Positions 28,175 through 32,356 of a stretch of DNA of 32,356 nucleotides are shown here, in pieces (the first letter of the stretch is position 1; every line of letters starts with the position of its first letter). The position numbers were made by a program, and so were the translations under genes. A model generated the notes under the pieces. It was not told the origin of the DNA. It was given only the letters and a program-made list of their open reading frames with translations, and searched no databases. The DNA comes from a virus (Duplodnaviria > Caudoviricetes): IMG/VR virus record IMGVR_UViG_3300046002_001486, positions 1-32,356 of that record; one strand, given 5' to 3'.

Positions 28175-29572
28175 TTAAATTCCACTTAGACGCTTAATGT
28201 GATCTAACAAACTCATTGCCTCTTTAACTGGAGGGGGTGGTGGTGAAATATTATTTTGTGCTGGTTCTGCAGGTTCTTTAGCTGGTGGTTCTGCAGGTTC
28301 TTCTGGTTCTGGAACTACTGGTTCTTCATCTGTTGATTGTACTTTATCTAATATTTCATCGTATTCACGACCTAATTGTTCTGACATCCAAGCTATGATA
28401 ATTGGACGAGCATCTCTATTAGCGTCAAGTGAAGCCGCCTTCATTAATCTAGCATTCAAACCATCTTTTTCTAAGATACCAGATAATTCACCAATTGCAT
28501 TTGATGCATCTGGACCAAGCGGAATGATCTCACTATCATTACCAAGTAAATCAATCAATTCTTCTTTTTGTAATGGTTGATTAGGAATTAATGCCTCTCC
28601 AATTAAATTATCAGCCCATGTTTCAAACATAGAAGCTTCATTTGTTTCTGTGATAGTTAAGTTTAAACGACTTAAAATTGGCAATGCTGATTCAATACGT
28701 GTATCTAATGTATTGGTTCTAAACAATTCAGTCAAATTGCTTGTATCACCATCTTCCATAATAGTTGGCTGCCAACTTTCAAAATAGTTATTATATCCAC
28801 GACTACTTTGTAAACGCTTGAGTGATTCTCTTAAACTTTGATAATGATTCGCGGCTTCGGTGACAATACGTTGTACACTTTCATTGAATTGTCCGGCTTT
28901 TGTGGCTCTTACAAATCCACCTAGTTTTTTAACATCTTCAACCATTTCACTGATATGTCCCCAACGTTGATCGTTATATTGTCCACCTTCTGCCAAATGT
29001 CTAGCAAATACACGACCAATTGATGGTTTAGTTGAAGGGACTAATACACGTTCACCCATTTCATTTTCTAAAAAGATACGCTCAACATAACGATATCTGG
29101 CATCTGTTTCGCCTAATGTTTTGTTATGTTTAATAATCATTTTAATAGTTGGTGGGCCGTTATCACTATAACTTGTATGTTTGTTACCGTAATATCCTTC
29201 AGCAATATTTTTTCTGTGTTGTCGCACTTTCATATCATCATCCAATTTACTCATATCTCTAAGTTTTTTGTTCAATCCATGAGTAATAGCAAAATGACTC
29301 ATTTGATTAATAAACTTAACCCATCCAGTATTTTCATCTGATGAGCGTGTAACCGATGTATTAAAATAAATTATTAAATCTCTTGAATCATCAACAGTAA
29401 TTGTAACTGTACCATAACTCTTTTCACCACTTTCAAATTTAAATTGAAATGCTTCCGCTTCTTCTGGGATAGGAACTTGTTGACCCGCGCTGTCATACAT
29501 AGTGACATCGTATCCACGACCACGTAATAGATCGTATAATTCAATATTGACTGATTCAGTACTTTTTGGCAT
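28175..29572 (-). CDS. Hypothetical late protein, probably head-associated
   Basis: 465-aa ORF downstream of terminase; GATAAATA at 29601-29594; Pro/Glu-rich tail. Confidence 0.7.
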   Translation of the reverse strand: MPKSTESVNIELYDLLRGRGYDVTMYDSAGQQVPIPEEAEAFQFKFESGEKSYGTVTITVDDSRDLIIYFNTSVTRSSDENTGWVKFINQMSHFAITHGLNKKLRDMSKLDDDMKVRQHRKNIAEGYYGNKHTSYSDNGPPTIKMIIKHNKTLGETDARYRYVERIFLENEMGERVLVPSTKPSIGRVFARHLAEGGQYNDQRWGHISEMVEDVKKLGGFVRATKAGQFNESVQRIVTEAANHYQSLRESLKRLQSSRGYNNYFESWQPTIMEDGDTSNLTELFRTNTLDTRIESALPILSRLNLTITETNEASMFETWADNLIGEALIPNQPLQKEELIDLLGNDSEIIPLGPDASNAIGELSGILEKDGLNARLMKAASLDANRDARPIIIAWMSEQLGREYDEILDKVQSTDEEPVVPEPEEPAEPPAKEPAEPAQNNISPPPPPVKEAMSLLDHIKRLSGI

Positions 29573-29610
29573 AGTGATTTCTCTAATATCTATTATTTAT
29601 CATAAATCTG

Positions 29611-31501
<1,891 letters not shown>

Positions 31502-31554
31502 ATTAATATTTATCTAAAAATGACTATTAAACGTAAAAACTGTGTATATTATGT

Positions 31555-32235
31555 TTATTTTACGTCTAAAGATCGTTTTTTAGTAGCTACAACACAATAA
31601 AACTGTTCTCTTACTTTCTCATCATTTTCATCAATTGACAAATCAAACTCCATAGTTTGAAATTTATCAATATCAAAACCAGTTCTTTGTAATAGAGCAA
31701 TCAATTGGCTTGGTCCAAATATAGAATAATGATTTAAATTCCATTCATGTTTACGTGCACAATCTGGTGCTGGAACTTCAATATATATTTTACTATTTTG
31801 TTTAAGAATACGATTGTATTCCATTAATGTTATGATTGGATATGGACTATGTTCTAATGTATGACGTAAGAAAATGAAATCAACTGAGTTATCATCATAA
31901 CCTTGACTTTGAGGTAAGAAACTAAAGTCATGTTTTTCTACTTTATGACCTTTACTCTGACAAAGATTAACATCTTCATCACTTAGTGTAATACCAACAA
32001 CATTTTTATACTTACGTTTTTTCATTTCATCCAAGAAATATCCTGGACCACAACCTAGATCAAGAATCTTGGCAGTTTTACTTAACTTAAGAGGATCAAC
32101 ATAATCTTTTACTACTCTAGTAGTTAATTCTTTATGAAAACCACTATCACCCTCTGGATAGATATGATTTTGATAAAGCCAATCCACATAAAATCTTAGT
32201 TTAATTACATCTATAGTTGCTGCAGCATCAATCAT
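31555..32235 (-). CDS. Class I SAM-dependent methyltransferase (small-molecule/glycan type)
   Basis: ILDLGCGPG (motif I), VVGITLS, DFIFLRHTLEH and RILK..S.IYIEVP. Confidence 0.88.
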   Translation of the reverse strand: MIDAAATIDVIKLRFYVDWLYQNHIYPEGDSGFHKELTTRVVKDYVDPLKLSKTAKILDLGCGPGYFLDEMKKRKYKNVVGITLSDEDVNLCQSKGHKVEKHDFSFLPQSQGYDDNSVDFIFLRHTLEHSPYPIITLMEYNRILKQNSKIYIEVPAPDCARKHEWNLNHYSIFGPSQLIALLQRTGFDIDKFQTMEFDLSIDENDEKVREQFYCVVATKKRSLDVK

Positions 32236-32257
32236 TATAATCCTTTAATCAGTAAGA

Positions 32258-32265
32258 TATTTATA
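32258..32265 (-). promoter_or_regulatory. Perfect T4 late promoter TATAAATA
   Basis: Intergenic, upstream of the AAAGGA RBS of the methyltransferase. Confidence 0.7.
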
Positions 32266-32283
32266 ATGACTGATGTGTGTATA

Positions 32284-32356
32284 TTATTTTCTTAGTAGTG
32301 GAGGACGACCATTTCTGGCTATTTTCCAACCAAATTTCTTGGCATTTTTCTGCATA
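32284..32356 (-). CDS. 3' end of a gene entering from beyond the window (...QKNAKKFGWKIARNGRPPLLRK)
   Basis: Frame open from the window edge to TAA at 32286-32284, same strand as its neighbours. Confidence 0.55.
   Translation of the reverse strand, partial: MQKNAKKFGWKIARNGRPPLLRK

Overview
A 32 kb AT-rich segment of a large T4-superfamily-like tailed phage; all genes but one are on the minus strand. In transcription order (right to left): SAM methyltransferase, terminase large subunit, two probable virion proteins (one a ligase-like plus HIGH-type nucleotidyltransferase fusion), the gp32-uvsX-uvsY operon, two paralogous Dam-family adenine methyltransferases flanking a putative PD-(D/E)XK nuclease, small early genes behind repeated sigma70 promoters, an AAA+ ATPase, UvsW, a cluster ending in a 203-aa DnaE-like protein, primase, helicase, probable head-associated proteins, an exonuclease, and tail-fibre genes ending in a truncated Gly-X-Thr collagen-like gene that the ORF track misses. 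Two promoter classes are visible: sigma70 (TTGACA-17-TATAAT type) and T4-late-like (G/T)ATAAATA boxes. The best candidate for an undescribed system is the MTase-nuclease-MTase cassette: its nuclease has a late promoter and a capsid-targeting-like leader, suggesting a phage restriction-modification system with a virion-packaged endonuclease. All family calls come from reading motifs by eye; no searches were run.
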